Assembly: GCF_006345805.1 (NCBI RefSeq)
Contig: NC_043000.1
Location: forward strand, 150,970,001 to 151,034,000
Origin: Octopus sinensis
Lineage: Eukaryota
DNA length: 64,000 nucleotides
Reading direction: 5' to 3'
A program made the translations under genes and the position numbers. Below are positions 1 to 11,985 of the stretch, piece by piece. Within the stretch, counting starts at the first letter, position 1; the number at the start of each line of letters is the position of its first letter. The notes beneath the pieces are model-generated. The model was given only the letters and a program-made list of their open reading frames with translations, searched no databases and was not told the origin of the DNA.

Positions 1-1372
1 ACATGAACTTTTAGAGACATTTTACATCCCATATCATGGTAATGACTCAGCAGATCATTCACAACTTGCACATAGTCTTCTGAATGATGGTTGTACAGGA
101 AGTTATCGCAAACTTTCTTGAATTACTTAAAGGCAAGCTTCTCTTTTCTCTTAAGATATGTGATGAAGGTTTCATCAAGTACAATTTTTCGAATTTGGGG
201 ACCTATGAATAAACCTTCTTTAATTTTAGCTTGACTCAGGGAAGGGAACTTTTCTGCAAGATATACAAATGCGGAGGATTCCTTGTCCAAGGCTTTGACA
301 AATTGCTTAAACAAACCAAGTTTAATACGCAAAGGTGGTAAAAAAATTATATAACTTTTCACAAGTGATTTGTGCATGATGCTGTGTTTTCCTTGCTCAA
401 TTTCATCTCGGATCGGCCAATCCTTGCGTACATAATGTTCAGCTCTTGGTTTGGAATTCCATAAGCACAGGAAGCAGCAAAATTTAGTATAGCCAAGCTG
501 AAGGCCAGTAAGCATGGTCACAACCTTAGAATCTGCACAAATATGCCAGGTATGGTCATCATACTGTATACTTGTTAGAATTGCTTTCAGATTTTCATAT
601 GATTCTTTCATGGTTGTGCTATGGGAACAGAAGGCAGACTGTTACCATTGTGTAGCAGAACAGCCTTGATGCTGTCCTTGGACGCATCTATGAAAAGTCG
701 CCAGTTGATCTTATCATATGGTATTTCCAGTTGCTCAAAAAGTTCAGTGATGTCATTACAAAAGCATAAGTCATCATTCATGGTGAATAATGCAAACAGA
801 ACCTCTGTACATTATCTGTACAGTGTTATCTTCAATCCTTTCTGAAGACGATTACGTTCTTGAAGTCTTGATGCCAGAAACACAGTTTTCTCTTAGGTTA
901 AATAGAGATTCCTGCACAAGTCATTTAGAGCCTCTTGAGAAAATGGTATTGGTTTATTCTCGCTTTCTGGGTCATTGGGCTCCACACATTCACCACTGGA
1001 ATGTTCATCAGCACTGCTGGAACTCTACATTTCTTGATCTGGAGGTTTGGGCTCAGGTAAATTTTCTGAGTGCTCTACTGGGCGCATTGCTGATTGCAAA
1101 TTTGGGTAAACAATGTGTTTCTTTTTCTTTGCTGTAGTACAGCCTGTAACGTCATAGTGACAGAAATAGCAATCATTAGAGTGATCTTTCTGTTCACGCC
1201 AAATCATTGGCACACCGAACTTCATGTGAACATTTTTTCCTGCATACCAGGCACTCAATGTCTTCACACATGTAAGGCAACACACATGAGGAGCCCATGA
1301 CTTATCCTGGTCTCCTAAGTAACAATCGAAGTATGCCTTGTATATTTTCTTGATATCGCATGTAAATAGCAA
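1..1372 (-). pseudogene. Disrupted Chapaev3-like transposase
   Basis: ORF 1025-1372: LGDQDKSWAPHVCCLTC...PMIWREQKDHSNDCYFC...IVYPNLQSAMRPVEH (Chapa Zn-finger). My translation of 620-1020 gives WRLFIDASKDSIKAVLLHNGN. ORF 123-611: WHICADSKVV..LGLQLGYTKFCCFLCLW...LPPLRIKLGLFKQFVKAL...KIKEGLFIGPQIR. Near position 1: GCKMSLKVH. Several stops and frameshifts. Confidence 0.8.
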
Positions 1373-1715
1373 AAGTCAATTCCCTACAGATATAACAGAA
1401 TCTGTTTGGATCATTTTTGCACTGTCTTGCACTCATTGTTGAAAACAAATACGATCTGAAAGATAAAAAATAGTATTAAACACAAGCTTTTAATCAAATT
1501 GTCGGTGTTACTAAGATTGGTATCTAGCCCTGATCTGAAACCCATTTTACAATACAGTAGAGAATTTTATTTAATAATAATGACAAAAAGGGTATACAAT
1601 GACAATTCTGTAGAAACCATGCCTAATTCAACAAAAAGAAGGCCAGAAATGAATTTACCATGTCATTTGGCATATAAAAATGGCTACAAATCTCTTTTTT
1701 GAGTGTTGCACAGTG
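1..1715 (-). mobile_element. Chapaev3-type (CMC superfamily) DNA transposon remnant, runs off the window start
   Basis: The minus strand begins CACTGTGCAACACTCAAAAAAAG at 1715 (CAC terminus typical of CMC/Chapaev) and leads into the transposase relic below. Confidence 0.72.
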
Positions 1716-2349
1716 AATTCAAGGAAGAATGACTGCGAAATTTCGAATTTAAGGACTAGTTTCAATAGAATGAAAATGATATGGAATCTAGCTATGTATA
1801 AAAACCTACAACAGTTCTATAAGAAATGCAAACAAAACCGAACATAGAAAGATTTAAAAAAATTGTGTTGTGCCTAATACTAGAGTTGATATTATTCAAT
1901 TCGTTGCGAAAAATAAGTCAATGAAAACCGAACAAACAGTAAAAGATAAGAACTGCCTATTGATGACTTTTTGCTGAACATAGCATTCCTTTGTCAACGT
2001 TGATCATTTTCTGACAGTATGTAAGAAGCATTACTAGACAACGCGGCTGTCGAAAAGTTATCACTGAAAATAACAAAACTTTTGCATGTCATTCAGAATG
2101 GAATAGCCTTTCGTGTTAAAAAAAAAAAGTAATGGGTATTTCTAAGACACAATCATTTTATTTCTCCCGAACGTGCTACTCAAACTTTGGCTCTTGTTGG
2201 AAGATAAGCTTGATCTGAATAACCACGATGATATAGACGCACTTGCAGGTACTATAATTGATGTGAATGGAAAGATTCTTTACAATGCTGTCAAATCTAC
2301 GCTGCGAAAATAAAATATTTACTTACAAAATATTATTAGGTTTACAAGC

Positions 2350-3084
2350 AAGGCGGCGAGCTGGCAGAATCGTTGGCATGCCGGGCGAAGTGCTTCACGG
2401 CATTTCGTCCGTCTTTACGTTCTGAGTTCAAATTCCGCCGAGGTCGACTTTGCCTTTCATCCTTTCGGGGTCGATTAAATAAGTACCAGTTATACACTGG
2501 GGTCGATATAATCGACTTAATCCGTTTGTCTGTCCTTCTTTGTCCTCTGTGTGTTTAGCCCCTTGTGGGTAGTAAAGAAATAGGTGGTTACTTTCTGAGT
2601 TCAAATTCCGCCGAGGTCGACTTTGCCTTTCATCCTTTCGGGGTCGATTAAATAAGTACCAGTTACGCACTGGGATCGATGTAATCGACTTAATCCGTTT
2701 GTCTGTCCTTGTTTGTCCTCTCTGTGTTTAGCCCCTTGTGGGTAGTAAAGAAATAAGTGGTTACTTTCTGAGTTCAAATTCCGCCGAGGTCGACTTTGCC
2801 TTTCATCCTTTCGGGGTCGATTAAATAAGTACCAGTTACGCACTGGGGTCGATATAATCGACTTAATCCGTTTGTCTGTCCTTGTTTGTCCTCTCTGTGT
2901 TTAGCCCCTTGTGGGTAGTAAAGAAATAGGTGGTTACTTTCTGAGTTCAAATTCCGCCGAGGTCGACTTTGCCTTTTATCGTTTCGGAGTCGATAAATTA
3001 AGTACTAGTGAAACACTGGGTCGATCTAATCAACTAGTCCCCTCCCCACAAATTTGAGGCCTTGTGCCTCCCGTAGAAAGGATT
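2350..3084 (+). mobile_element. tRNA-derived SINE family A, concatemer (head + 3 x 173-bp units + terminal unit)
   Basis: Head AGGCGGCGAGCTGGCAGAATCG; B-box-like GAGTTCAAATTCC recurs with TTCTGAG starts at 2420, 2593, 2766 and 2939; TSD TTAGGTTTACRAGC at 2336-2349 and 3085-3098. Confidence 0.88.
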
Positions 3085-3275
3085 TTAGGTTTACGAGCGG
3101 CAATATTCTTCCACGAAGAGGACCAAAAGTGGGTTCCAAAAAGTCCCTGAAAGATGTGTCTTCTGCTTTTATTATGAAATACAATTTCCCTTCTTTCGCC
3201 CTAAGCGCAAATCATACTGTTAGAGATATTAAAATTACTAAGTCTCTCTAAAGGAGATTACGGCAGCTTTACTGG

Positions 3276-3614
3276 GTATTAATTGTTATCGCCATACTAA
3301 TATGGCAGTCTATAAATAAGACTAAAGCTGTCGCTGATTAGCTCCAAGAGGCCATCGCCTCTAGCTAGCTATTTGACACACGAACTTGCTGGTTCTGGCT
3401 ACGCTGCATTGATAAAGGGCAACAACCCTGAAACATGTCTGCAGATGTCTGACTAGCAAGGTGAAGCGGCTGACCTCCCCTGTTCGAAGGTTGTAATGGA
3501 CGCAGGTTCGTGTGTCAAATAGCTAGCTAGAGGCGATGGCCTCTTGGAGCTAATCAGCGACAGCTTTAGTCTTATTTATAACTGCCATATTAGTATGGTG
3601 ATAACTATTAATAC
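3276..3614. repeat. Inverted repeat (~113-bp arms, 112-bp spacer) enclosing a degenerate hammerhead
   Basis: 3276-3389 is the near-perfect reverse complement of 3502-3614; the spacer holds the hammerhead-like motif at 3404-3444. Confidence 0.85.
3404..3444 (+). ncRNA. Degenerate minimal type I hammerhead ribozyme
   Basis: CTGCA-TTGATAA-AGGG caacaa CCCT-GAAA-CATG-TC-TGCAG: stems I and II and palindromic stem III are intact, but the core is TTGATAA instead of CTGATGA. Confidence 0.55.
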
Positions 3615-3999
3615 TGTTAGAGGTTTTCTTAAAAGTGCTTAATATTTTATGTCGCAGTAGCATGAGACTGCCGGACTTTACCCTTGTTCAGAAAGTGAAC
3701 AGAACACTTTATTATAAGATACTTAATCTTTCACAAACATGGTGACTTTCGCGAGAAACAGTTGTTATACAATGGTTTTTTAAAACCATTTGATGCTTTA
3801 CTTCTTCGTTTCCATCGGGAAAATAATATTGACCGAAGCGTGTTTTACAGGCAGTGAATTTTTCTGAATGTTGAATTTCGCTCAGAGCATTTCAGGTCAC
3901 ATCTCTTTTATTATATAACATTATCAGGATATAAAAATCTAGAGTTTCTTTATTAAAGAGGAATTATCGAAGACCAATAAATTATCAGAAATCGATCCA

Positions 4000-5100
4000 A
4001 ACCGTTAAGGGAACTACAAGTAAACACTAGTATTGTTTGCCTTGCAGGAAAGTCAACAACACATTTAACAAGTGATCATTTTGATGATCGAATCAGTGTT
4101 ACAAATTTTTAAAGCTGTTTGGAATTCACTGCGGAACTTGGTGGTGAAAAAAGAAATCGGTATCTTTTCAGTGAAGATATAATTATCACTAAAGTAAAAG
4201 TATTATACTTAAAATAGGCGCAGGAGTGGCTGTGTGGTAAGTAGCTTGCTTACCAACCACATGGTTCCGGGTTCAGTCCCACTGCGTGGCATCTTGGGTA
4301 AGTGTCTTCAACTATAGCCTCGGGCCGACTAAAGCCTTGTGAGTGGATTTGGTAGACGGAAACTGAAAGAAGCCTGTCGTATATATGTATATATATATGT
4401 TTATGTATGTTTGTGTCTGTGTTTGTCCCCCTAGCATTGCTTGACAACCGATGTTGGTGTGTTTATGTCTCCATCACTTAGTGGTTCGGCAAAAGAGACC
4501 GATAGAATAAGTACTGGGCTTACAAAGAATAAGTCCCGGGGTCGAGTTGCTCGACTAAAGGTGGTGCTCCAGCATGGCCGCAGTCAAATGATTGAAACAA
4601 GTAAAAGAGTAAAGAGTAAAGAGTAAAAAGTACCTGATTATCTTAGCATATAATCTGAATCTATTATTCTACTAACTGTTCGTTTTCCATCTATTGTACC
4701 GAAAAGCAGACTATATGATCTTCAAACGAAAGTTATCATTTAAGAGCAGACAATTTATCAATCTTTACAAGATGTTTCTGAATATATTTTGTGGTTCAAG
4801 TTAAAATACATAAAAGGTGGGCTTCGTTATTCAAAATAGGATTTGTTATCCCATTTTACGAGTAATTTAACTATCTTGCCACTTTCGTCAGTATGCGATG
4901 AAAATAAATTGTTGCTAATGAACTGAGTCAAAATAAGATGTACAGATTCTTTAAAGGCAGAAACTGTAAAACATAGATTACCTACAACGCTGTCTGTAAA
5001 TGATATGAAGAGCATTACGTAGGAGCGCGGAAGAGAATTAATCAAAGACTTAGAAGAGAGAACCGTAAGCAAAAGATTCTTGGAAAGACTTGAATAAAAC
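4000..5100 (+). pseudogene. Highly degraded Penelope-like element RT C-terminus and GIY-YIG endonuclease remnants (interrupted by a SINE)
   Basis: Hand translation: ~4120-4190 SCLEFTAELGGEKRNRYLFSEDIII (resembles PLE FTxE..FLD); ~4955-5050 RNCKT*ITYNAVCK*YEEHYVGARKRINQRLR (resembles CxTxxxIYxxxCxxCxxxYVGxT). Multiple stops. Confidence 0.4.
4216..4630 (+). mobile_element. tRNA-derived CORE-like SINE family B, full length
   Basis: GGCGCAGGAGTGGCTGTGTGGTAAG...GGTTCAGTCCC, CORE-like CTTGGGYAAGTGTCTT, internal (TA)/(TG) linker, tail CCAGCATGGCCGCAGTCAAATGATTGAAACAAGTAAAAGAGTAAAGAG; about 10 further copies in the window. Confidence 0.85.
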
Positions 5101-5630
5101 AAAAACGGAAAAAAAAAAAAGGAAAAAACGAAGGAAATAACGAATCATTTACTCTTTTCAAGAGGAATTGAAGATGAAGAGGAGGAATTATTGTAATCTA
5201 CATATAAAGTATATAAAATACTATGTTGCTACAAAAACGTGATACTATATATTTATAATGTCAATTTTGTTCTTTTGTGTCTTTTTTCCTGCAAGCCTGA
5301 CCAAAAGATTTTCTTAAAATGTCATTTTTCAGTCTTAATCGTTACCATACAGATGCTATAATAAAATACTGATTTCTAGCATAAGACAAAGTTAAGAATT
5401 TTAGAGACGTGCTTAACTTATTTTAAAGAGACGTTATTAAATACCGAAATGTGTTTTGTAGAATATTCGACTGATGAGATGGAAATTTGTTAAATAGTGT
5501 ACTATCAAAACGTTATTTAACATCACTAACGAAACTGTCCACAGAAAGTTCAAAAAGGATTGATGACAAGCTGAGGTGCAAGGAAGTAACTCTGCTTCAA
5601 GCAAGAACTATATAGCGGGTTTATTTTGAT

Positions 5631-6008
5631 GGTGTGGTAAGTAGCTTGTTTACCAACCACATGATTTCGGGTTCAGTCCCACTGCGTGGCACCTTGGGCA
5701 GGTGTCTTCTACTATAGCCTCGGGGTGACCAAAGCCTTGTGAGTGGATTTAGTAGACGGAAACTGAAAGAAGCCTGTCGTATATATGTATATATATGTAT
5801 GTGTGTATGTTTGTGTGTCTGTGTTTGTCCCCCTAGCATTGCTTGGCAATCGATGCTGGTGTGTTTATGTCCCCGTCACTTAGCGGTTCGGCAAAGACGA
5901 CCGATAGAATAAGTACTGGGCTTACAAAGAATAAGTCCTGGTGTCGAGTTGCTCGATTAAAGGCGGTGCTCCAGCATGGCCGCAGTCAAATGACTGAAAC
6001 AAGTAAAA
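5631..6008 (+). mobile_element. SINE family B copy
   Basis: Colinear with 4216-4630, slightly 5' degraded. Confidence 0.85.
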
Positions 6009-6027
6009 AAAAAAAAAAATATATATA

Positions 6028-6077
<50 letters not shown>

Positions 6078-6619
6078 AACATGATAAACCATTTTCTGCT
6101 TTTCTTTCAGTTGCTTTACACATGAAATAATGTCAGTTATTTTGTGTGTATGACAGAGATACGAAAACTGTAGTGCTATGCGGGAAGAATTTACGGAAGA
6201 TCTGGTGACATTTTTAACGAGTTTTGTAAATAATTTTCCTGCGGTAAAGATAATATCTACAAATATCTGAATACTTGATAGCAAGTTCTTTTTAGTTTTC
6301 ATCTTAAGTCTTGCTCATGACACCTGAATCTTTTGTTTTTTTTTTATGGGTGAGCGGATTGATTTCCATTTTTTTTTTTGTTTTCTGTTGTTTTTGATGA
6401 AAGTAATGATGCTTTTTTGCTGTCTCCGTGATGATGTTTGAATAGATGACATTCTTCATCTAGAGACCAATTATGGTAGGTTTGTAAGAAAATTCTTAGG
6501 AAATAGAGTTATCTCGATACAGCGTTTTCAAGCATTGAAATAGATAATATATTTTTGCCAAGAAGGAATGACTCTTAGTTCATCCTGAATACACAGACAG
6601 ACAGACAGACACAGGTACA

Positions 6620-6805
6620 CACACATGCACGAGAAAACGTATGTACCCACATATACGTGTGTGTATGTAGGTGTGTACAAGTGTGTGTGTGTATGTGTAC
6701 GTCGCGCGAACGTGTATATATGTATATGTATGATACACACACACACACACGTATATATATAAATATATATTTATTTATATATATATATATATATTTGTCT
6801 GTCTG

Positions 6806-6852
<47 letters not shown>

Positions 6853-6857
6853 GTCTG

Positions 6858-6909
<52 letters not shown>

Positions 6910-7235
6910 ACTATCTATATCTAAGGGTGCGCGCGCGCGCGTGTGTGTGCATGTGTGTGTGTGTGTGTGTATGTGTGTGTGTGGTGTGTGTGTGTGTGTA
7001 TGTGTGTGTGTGTGTGTGTGCATATCTATATATCTATATCGCTTGTGTAACTCGCTATTTTGAGTCACTTATGTAGCTTTGTAGCTAAGTACAAGATATA
7101 TTTACTCTTGAATATTGAATTCTATTTCTCCTACACATTACACTAACTAACTGACTGACTCACTCACTCACTCACTCACACACACATACACACACAATCA
7201 TACACGCATGCGCACGCTCACGCAAACACACACAC
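6620..7235. repeat. Compound microsatellite (TG/CA/TA/ATCT/ACTC)
   Basis: Seen directly; explains the low-complexity ORF 6657-7076. Confidence 0.95.
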
Positions 7236-8378
7236 CCATCGGTCAAACAAATATATTTTAAACCGCAATTCTTATTGACACCTTCAATATAAATTAAGCT
7301 TTTTCCAGTTAGAAGATGGCAACGAAATATTTTACTTTATAACAATAATGGAAACTGAATTATATTACGTGTCAGAAGTGTCTGTTTAAAATTTGTGAGA
7401 AAAAATTGGGCATACTACTGCAGATCTGAATAAATTTAGTTCTTTTGCTTTGATTTGGAAAAGTTGCGGCGAAAGAATGAGATTCATGTGCAATACAGTG
7501 CCACAGTAGCTCAATCCATTTCTTTAAAATGGCTACTATATTTAGTATCGCCCACGTTAAGCTTATGATATCTTCATCTCTAGTGCGGTAGTACCCTGGA
7601 ATCGATGTCAGAACTTTGGTGCATTGGTGAATGTGACTTTTGAATGAGCCTTCTATGAGTCATATAGAGCTTGTTTATGTGTTGTTTGTGAAGGCATTAG
7701 CAGAGTATATGATGTAATTTTCTAAGCCTTTTATGTAGCAGAGCTCTATATATCGGCAATTGCAAGCCAGCTTCGCTCGCTTTTGATAAGTTTGCAATAT
7801 TTTTTTTTCTTTTTTGCATTGTAACTCTTAATGGAAATTGACATGTTCTGTATGCTGTTATATCTCAACTTTATGGCGATCTTTTTTGAATAGTTGATGG
7901 GAATTGTGGACTCTCGCGGGAAATAATTACTGATCAGGAAAAGGAAATATCTCCCGAAAATATGTTGCAATACTGGTTTCTACACTAATGTGAAATGTTG
8001 AGTAATACCATGTTAAATTTATCGCAATAACGTTTTTAAGGAAATATTTTTTTCGGTTATTGAATACTTAGTATTTTCTTGATATTAGTTGCATGTTAAC
8101 CGTTCGTTACAGAATTCTGGAACCCTGTTAAAGATGGTTTATTGAAGCACAGTTCACTTATCTTCTTATTGATATTTTTGACTACATGTTTGTAAAAAGT
8201 CATGTTAGATTATGTACCGATGTAGGATAGGATAATTTTTGGTTTCTTAAGGAACTAATATGATTTGGAGATGATTTGGAACAAAATAAAAAAGTACACC
8301 TTTATGTATATTAGAAGTGTGTATAGACCTTTCTCCCTACACATAAATATATATATACAGACATATATACATACATAT

Positions 8379-8411
<33 letters not shown>

Positions 8412-8428
8412 ATATATATATATATGTG

Positions 8429-8467
<39 letters not shown>

Positions 8468-8504
8468 GTGTGTCTGTCTGTCTGTGTGTGTCTGTGTGTG
8501 TGTC

Positions 8505-8690
8505 TGTATTTGTCCCCTATCACCGCTTAACAACCGGTTTTGATGTGTTTACGCCCCCGTAACTTAGCGGTTCAGCATAAAGACCGATAGAGTAAGCACT
8601 AGGCTTTACAAAAATAAGTTCTGGCGCCGATATGTTCGACTAAAAACCTTGAAGGTTTCAAATGACTGAAACAAATAAAAAAACAAAAGT
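8505..8690 (+). mobile_element. SINE family B 3' half
   Basis: TTTGTCCCCTATCACCGCTTAACAACCG...AAATGACTGAAACAAATAAAA matches the post-linker half of family B. Confidence 0.75.
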
Positions 8691-8823
8691 GGCTCCATTT
8701 AATTGAACAATGCAATCATTACATCAATTTAAATGCAGGGCTATCCTCAGCTGCACAAATAAATAGAATTTTAATCAGTCATATATATATACATATACAT
8801 ATACATATATATATATATACACA

Positions 8824-8861
<38 letters not shown>

Positions 8862-8862
<1 letters not shown>

Positions 8863-9377
8863 AATTAAGGACTGAACACGAAAAGTGGACAGTCAACATG
8901 CTAGATATAGACGTCAAATCGCCATTCACCACAAAAGATTATGTTCTCAGATCAAACTCAGCACAGAACAATAGCAATAAACAAGTGAAAAATATACGAA
9001 ATAAAATAATTACCCATGTACTAATTAGTTTCGGCTGTTATTTTCCGCAAGGAAAACTGCAGCCATCATCGGCATGGTCCGTTATAAATGCAATTTGCTG
9101 GACTAGATGCAAACACGATACCGAAATATCGCGTGCATGGAGTTCAGCCTATTACATTTGAATATATCTTTCAAATGCCTTTACTTTGGCGCGTTGAGGC
9201 CCGAGAAAACTAGCCTGCAGCTAATAATTAGCAGCAGTCAATTTATCGGTTAGAGAACATATTTATTTATATAAAATTAATTGGTATATATAAATATTTT
9301 AATCTTCGGATTCTTTTTTAATATGCTAGACCACTGGTCTTAATTGATAAATATCAATTTCTACCCTTAATTAATTT

Positions 9378-9385
<8 letters not shown>
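8862..9385 (-). mobile_element. (TA)n-flanked hammerhead-bearing element (PLE pLTR/retrozyme-like)
   Basis: Bounded by (TA)n on both sides; contains the hammerhead at 9014-9077; both terminal segments recur, reverse-complemented, at 27047-27232. Confidence 0.7.
9014..9077 (-). ncRNA. Type I hammerhead ribozyme, CCGATGA core variant
   Basis: Minus strand: CCATG-CCGATGA-tGGCTG cag TTTTCC ttgc GGAAAA taa CAGCC-GAAA-CTAATTAG-TA-CATGG; perfect stem I, extended stem II, palindromic stem III. Confidence 0.75.
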
Positions 9386-9463
<78 letters not shown>

Positions 9464-10139
9464 TATATGTATACACCACACACATACATATATTATACAT
9501 GTATGTATAAAAGCATTTAAGCACATACATACATTGATTCGGAAAAAGTCAGGCACTTTGTATGCCAGGATTCAGACTAAGGCATGAAATGTTATTTGAA
9601 AAGGAAAAAGGTAAAAAAAAAGGAAAAATGAAAGAAAATCTGTTGTGTTTTGGTTGTGATGTATTGAATTAGTAAAATACGAGTCCTCATCGGTTGTTGC
9701 ATTCGTGAGCGTGTATATTTTGTTGTGTGCGACTATGTGTGATGTGAGTGTGTATATTTTGTAATGTGCGACTATATGTGATGTGAGTGTGTCTGTAGGA
9801 ATAGTCTGATAGATGTGTTTGCGTGTCATTGTATTTACGAAAACAGTCTATTGGAGGTAAATAAGTGAGTTTATTAGAAAAATGTCATTTTCTTCGTTTG
9901 CAAATATTTTGATAACCTGCTATTTCCTGAATATATTTCAAAACGCCACGAGATTAAAATACAAGGAGAAGAAACACTGACATTATGATTAATTAAGGCA
10001 CAATATGTCATTAGAAAAGGACAAAATGCCATGTTATTTCCGGATTCCATGTTAATGCTGTTGGTATTCATATATGGTATTTTACAAGGTATTTTCATAC
10101 ATAAGGACAAAAAAAAAAAGGTCTCTGTTTATTCAATGC

Positions 10140-10520
10140 TTTAATTTATTTAAGGGTTGGAAATCTTTCCAAAGTTCAAAGACTACAGAAAGTATTTGAT
10201 TATGTAAAGTTGTATTTAAGAGTTATTGTTTCATATTATTGGATATATTGTTTTCAAAAACATGCATTGTTTGTGTTCTGTCTAATCCTTTTTTAATATT
10301 CTGAATATATATTTATGTTGATAGAGATTGTTCTTAAACTGATTAGCAGCCATTCCAATACGATAACGCTGTTCTGGTTAGTGTCAGATATAACTGTGGC
10401 TGCATATATAACTGATTTTTCATGGCAAATGGTGCTGATTCAGGATACCTACTGAAAATGGCAATTGCAATTCGGTGTTATTTTTTGTTTTTCTCTGGTG
10501 GCTCCAGTTATCTATTATAT
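10140..10520 (-). pseudogene. Penelope-like GIY-YIG endonuclease remnant
   Basis: Frameshifted minus-strand translation: CHEKSVIYAATVISD / QRYRIGMAANQFKNNLYQHK / TTLHNQILSVVFELWK, resembling the PLE pattern CxxxSVIYxAxV...YIGxxxxxFKxRxxxH...TxLSxxxWxLK. Confidence 0.5.
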
Positions 10521-11524
10521 GCATTATAAGAGACTAAAGCTTTAGTGAAGTTTGTCAGTAACGTTTTTTGTGTGAGTTTGGGTAAACTCACACTTTTGTG
10601 AGCTTTTGTCCGGACGGAAGTGAATTCTTGCAAAATGGCGGACAGTTTTGCTTTTATTTATTGGATGTTTACTATTAAATGTAGTGTAGAGAAACTATTA
10701 ATTGTAGTGTAGAGATGAAATATTCAACTATTAATAAAATATATACATAGCACTTTGCAAATTAACATTGAGCTCTCTTTTGCTTAATATTGTTTTTAAA
10801 TCACACATGCATGTATAATATTTATAATTGAGTAAGGCGGCGAGCTACCTAGAGTAGAAATGAATATTTGATTTCAAGGTTTATTTTTTAATCTCTTTTT
10901 CTACTTATCTTTTGCTCAGTTTCAGAGGAAGCACATTACATTTGCAATGACACTGTTTTTGTTTTTAATATTCTCCCCATGACATAAAGGGATATTTGCA
11001 TCGGGAATTGTTTTGATTTGAATCTTATGAATGTACCTTTATCTGTAAATACAAACTAGAATGCCTTTATTGCATGTGGGCTTTATGTACGATAGGAATA
11101 TCCCATATCATATTGCCATAAAACGTAATACTGGACGTTCGAGTGAGCCGTTCCCTCGTTATATTTATGCAATATGGATAGTAGAAGCCGACGTTATGCT
11201 ATATTTCTACACTCCACCCCAACAAAAAGAAGAAAAAAACCAAAAAAAAAACCAAAAAAGGAAGAAAACATCGAGTTTAACTGTTTAGCGGAGGACGGTT
11301 CATTACTTCTTTATCTGACACTGTTTTCGAGCCAAAATCAACAGACTTCCATTACAGAGCTTACTCTCATTTCTTTCTCGCTCAATGATGAAAGGGAATG
11401 GGAAAGTTGATGTTTACCTTGCGTTAAATGGGCAGGGGAAATTTAATGTTCCTAAAAACTCAATAGGATGATATCTGAGATATATATATACTTGTAATTG
11501 GATTCAATTTTCATGTCTCAATAA

Positions 11525-11700
11525 AGCAGTGAGCTAGCAGAATCGTTAGCACACCGAGTAAAAATGCTTATCGGTATTTCGTCAGTCGTCACGTGCTGAG
11601 TTCAAATTCTGCTGATTGTCAACTCTGCCTTTCATCATTTCGGAATCGATAAAATAAATCCCAGTTGAGCACCCCGAAACAGATAGCCTTGCACCGAAAA
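11525..11700 (+). mobile_element. SINE family A, diverged copy
   Basis: GCAGTGAGCTAGCAGAATCGTTAGCAC...GAGTTCAAATTC...GCCTTTCATCATTTCGGAATCGATAAAATAA. Confidence 0.75.
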
Positions 11701-11735
11701 AGGAAATCAATATTTGGATCTCAATGAATTTTTCT

Positions 11736-11985
11736 GTGGAGGCGCGTGGCTTAGTGGTTAGGGTGGCAGTATCATGATTGTAAGATTGTGGTTTCGATTC
11801 CTGGACCGGGCGACGCGTTGTCTTCTTGAACAAAACACTTCATTTCACGTTGCTTCAGTACACTCAGCTGGCAAAAATGAGTAAAGCTGCGATGGACTGG
11901 CATCCCGTCCAGCTGGGGAACACATACGCCATAGAAACCGGGAAACCGGGCCCATGACCCTGCCTAGGCTTTAAAAGGGCGCAAA
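11736..11985 (+). mobile_element. tRNA-derived SINE family C
   Basis: GTGGAGGCGCGTGGCTTAGTGGTTAGGG (A box), GTTTCGATTCC (B box), CTCAGCTGGCAAAAATGAGTA, ends AAAAGGGCGC; same family at 20618-21132 and 56155-56250. Confidence 0.82.

Noticed and set aside
2428-2843. Duplicated 80-aa ORFs (MRNWYLFNRPRKDERQ...)
   Set aside because: Antisense translation of SINE family A units; the same peptide recurs at every copy.
2420-2940. CRISPR-like regularly spaced repeats
   Set aside because: Units are full tandem SINE copies with no unique spacers; eukaryotic context, no cas genes.
11736-11820. tRNA genes at SINE heads (also 20618, 49447)
   Set aside because: A and B boxes are present, but there is no complete cloverleaf or acceptor stem, and each continues into a SINE body.
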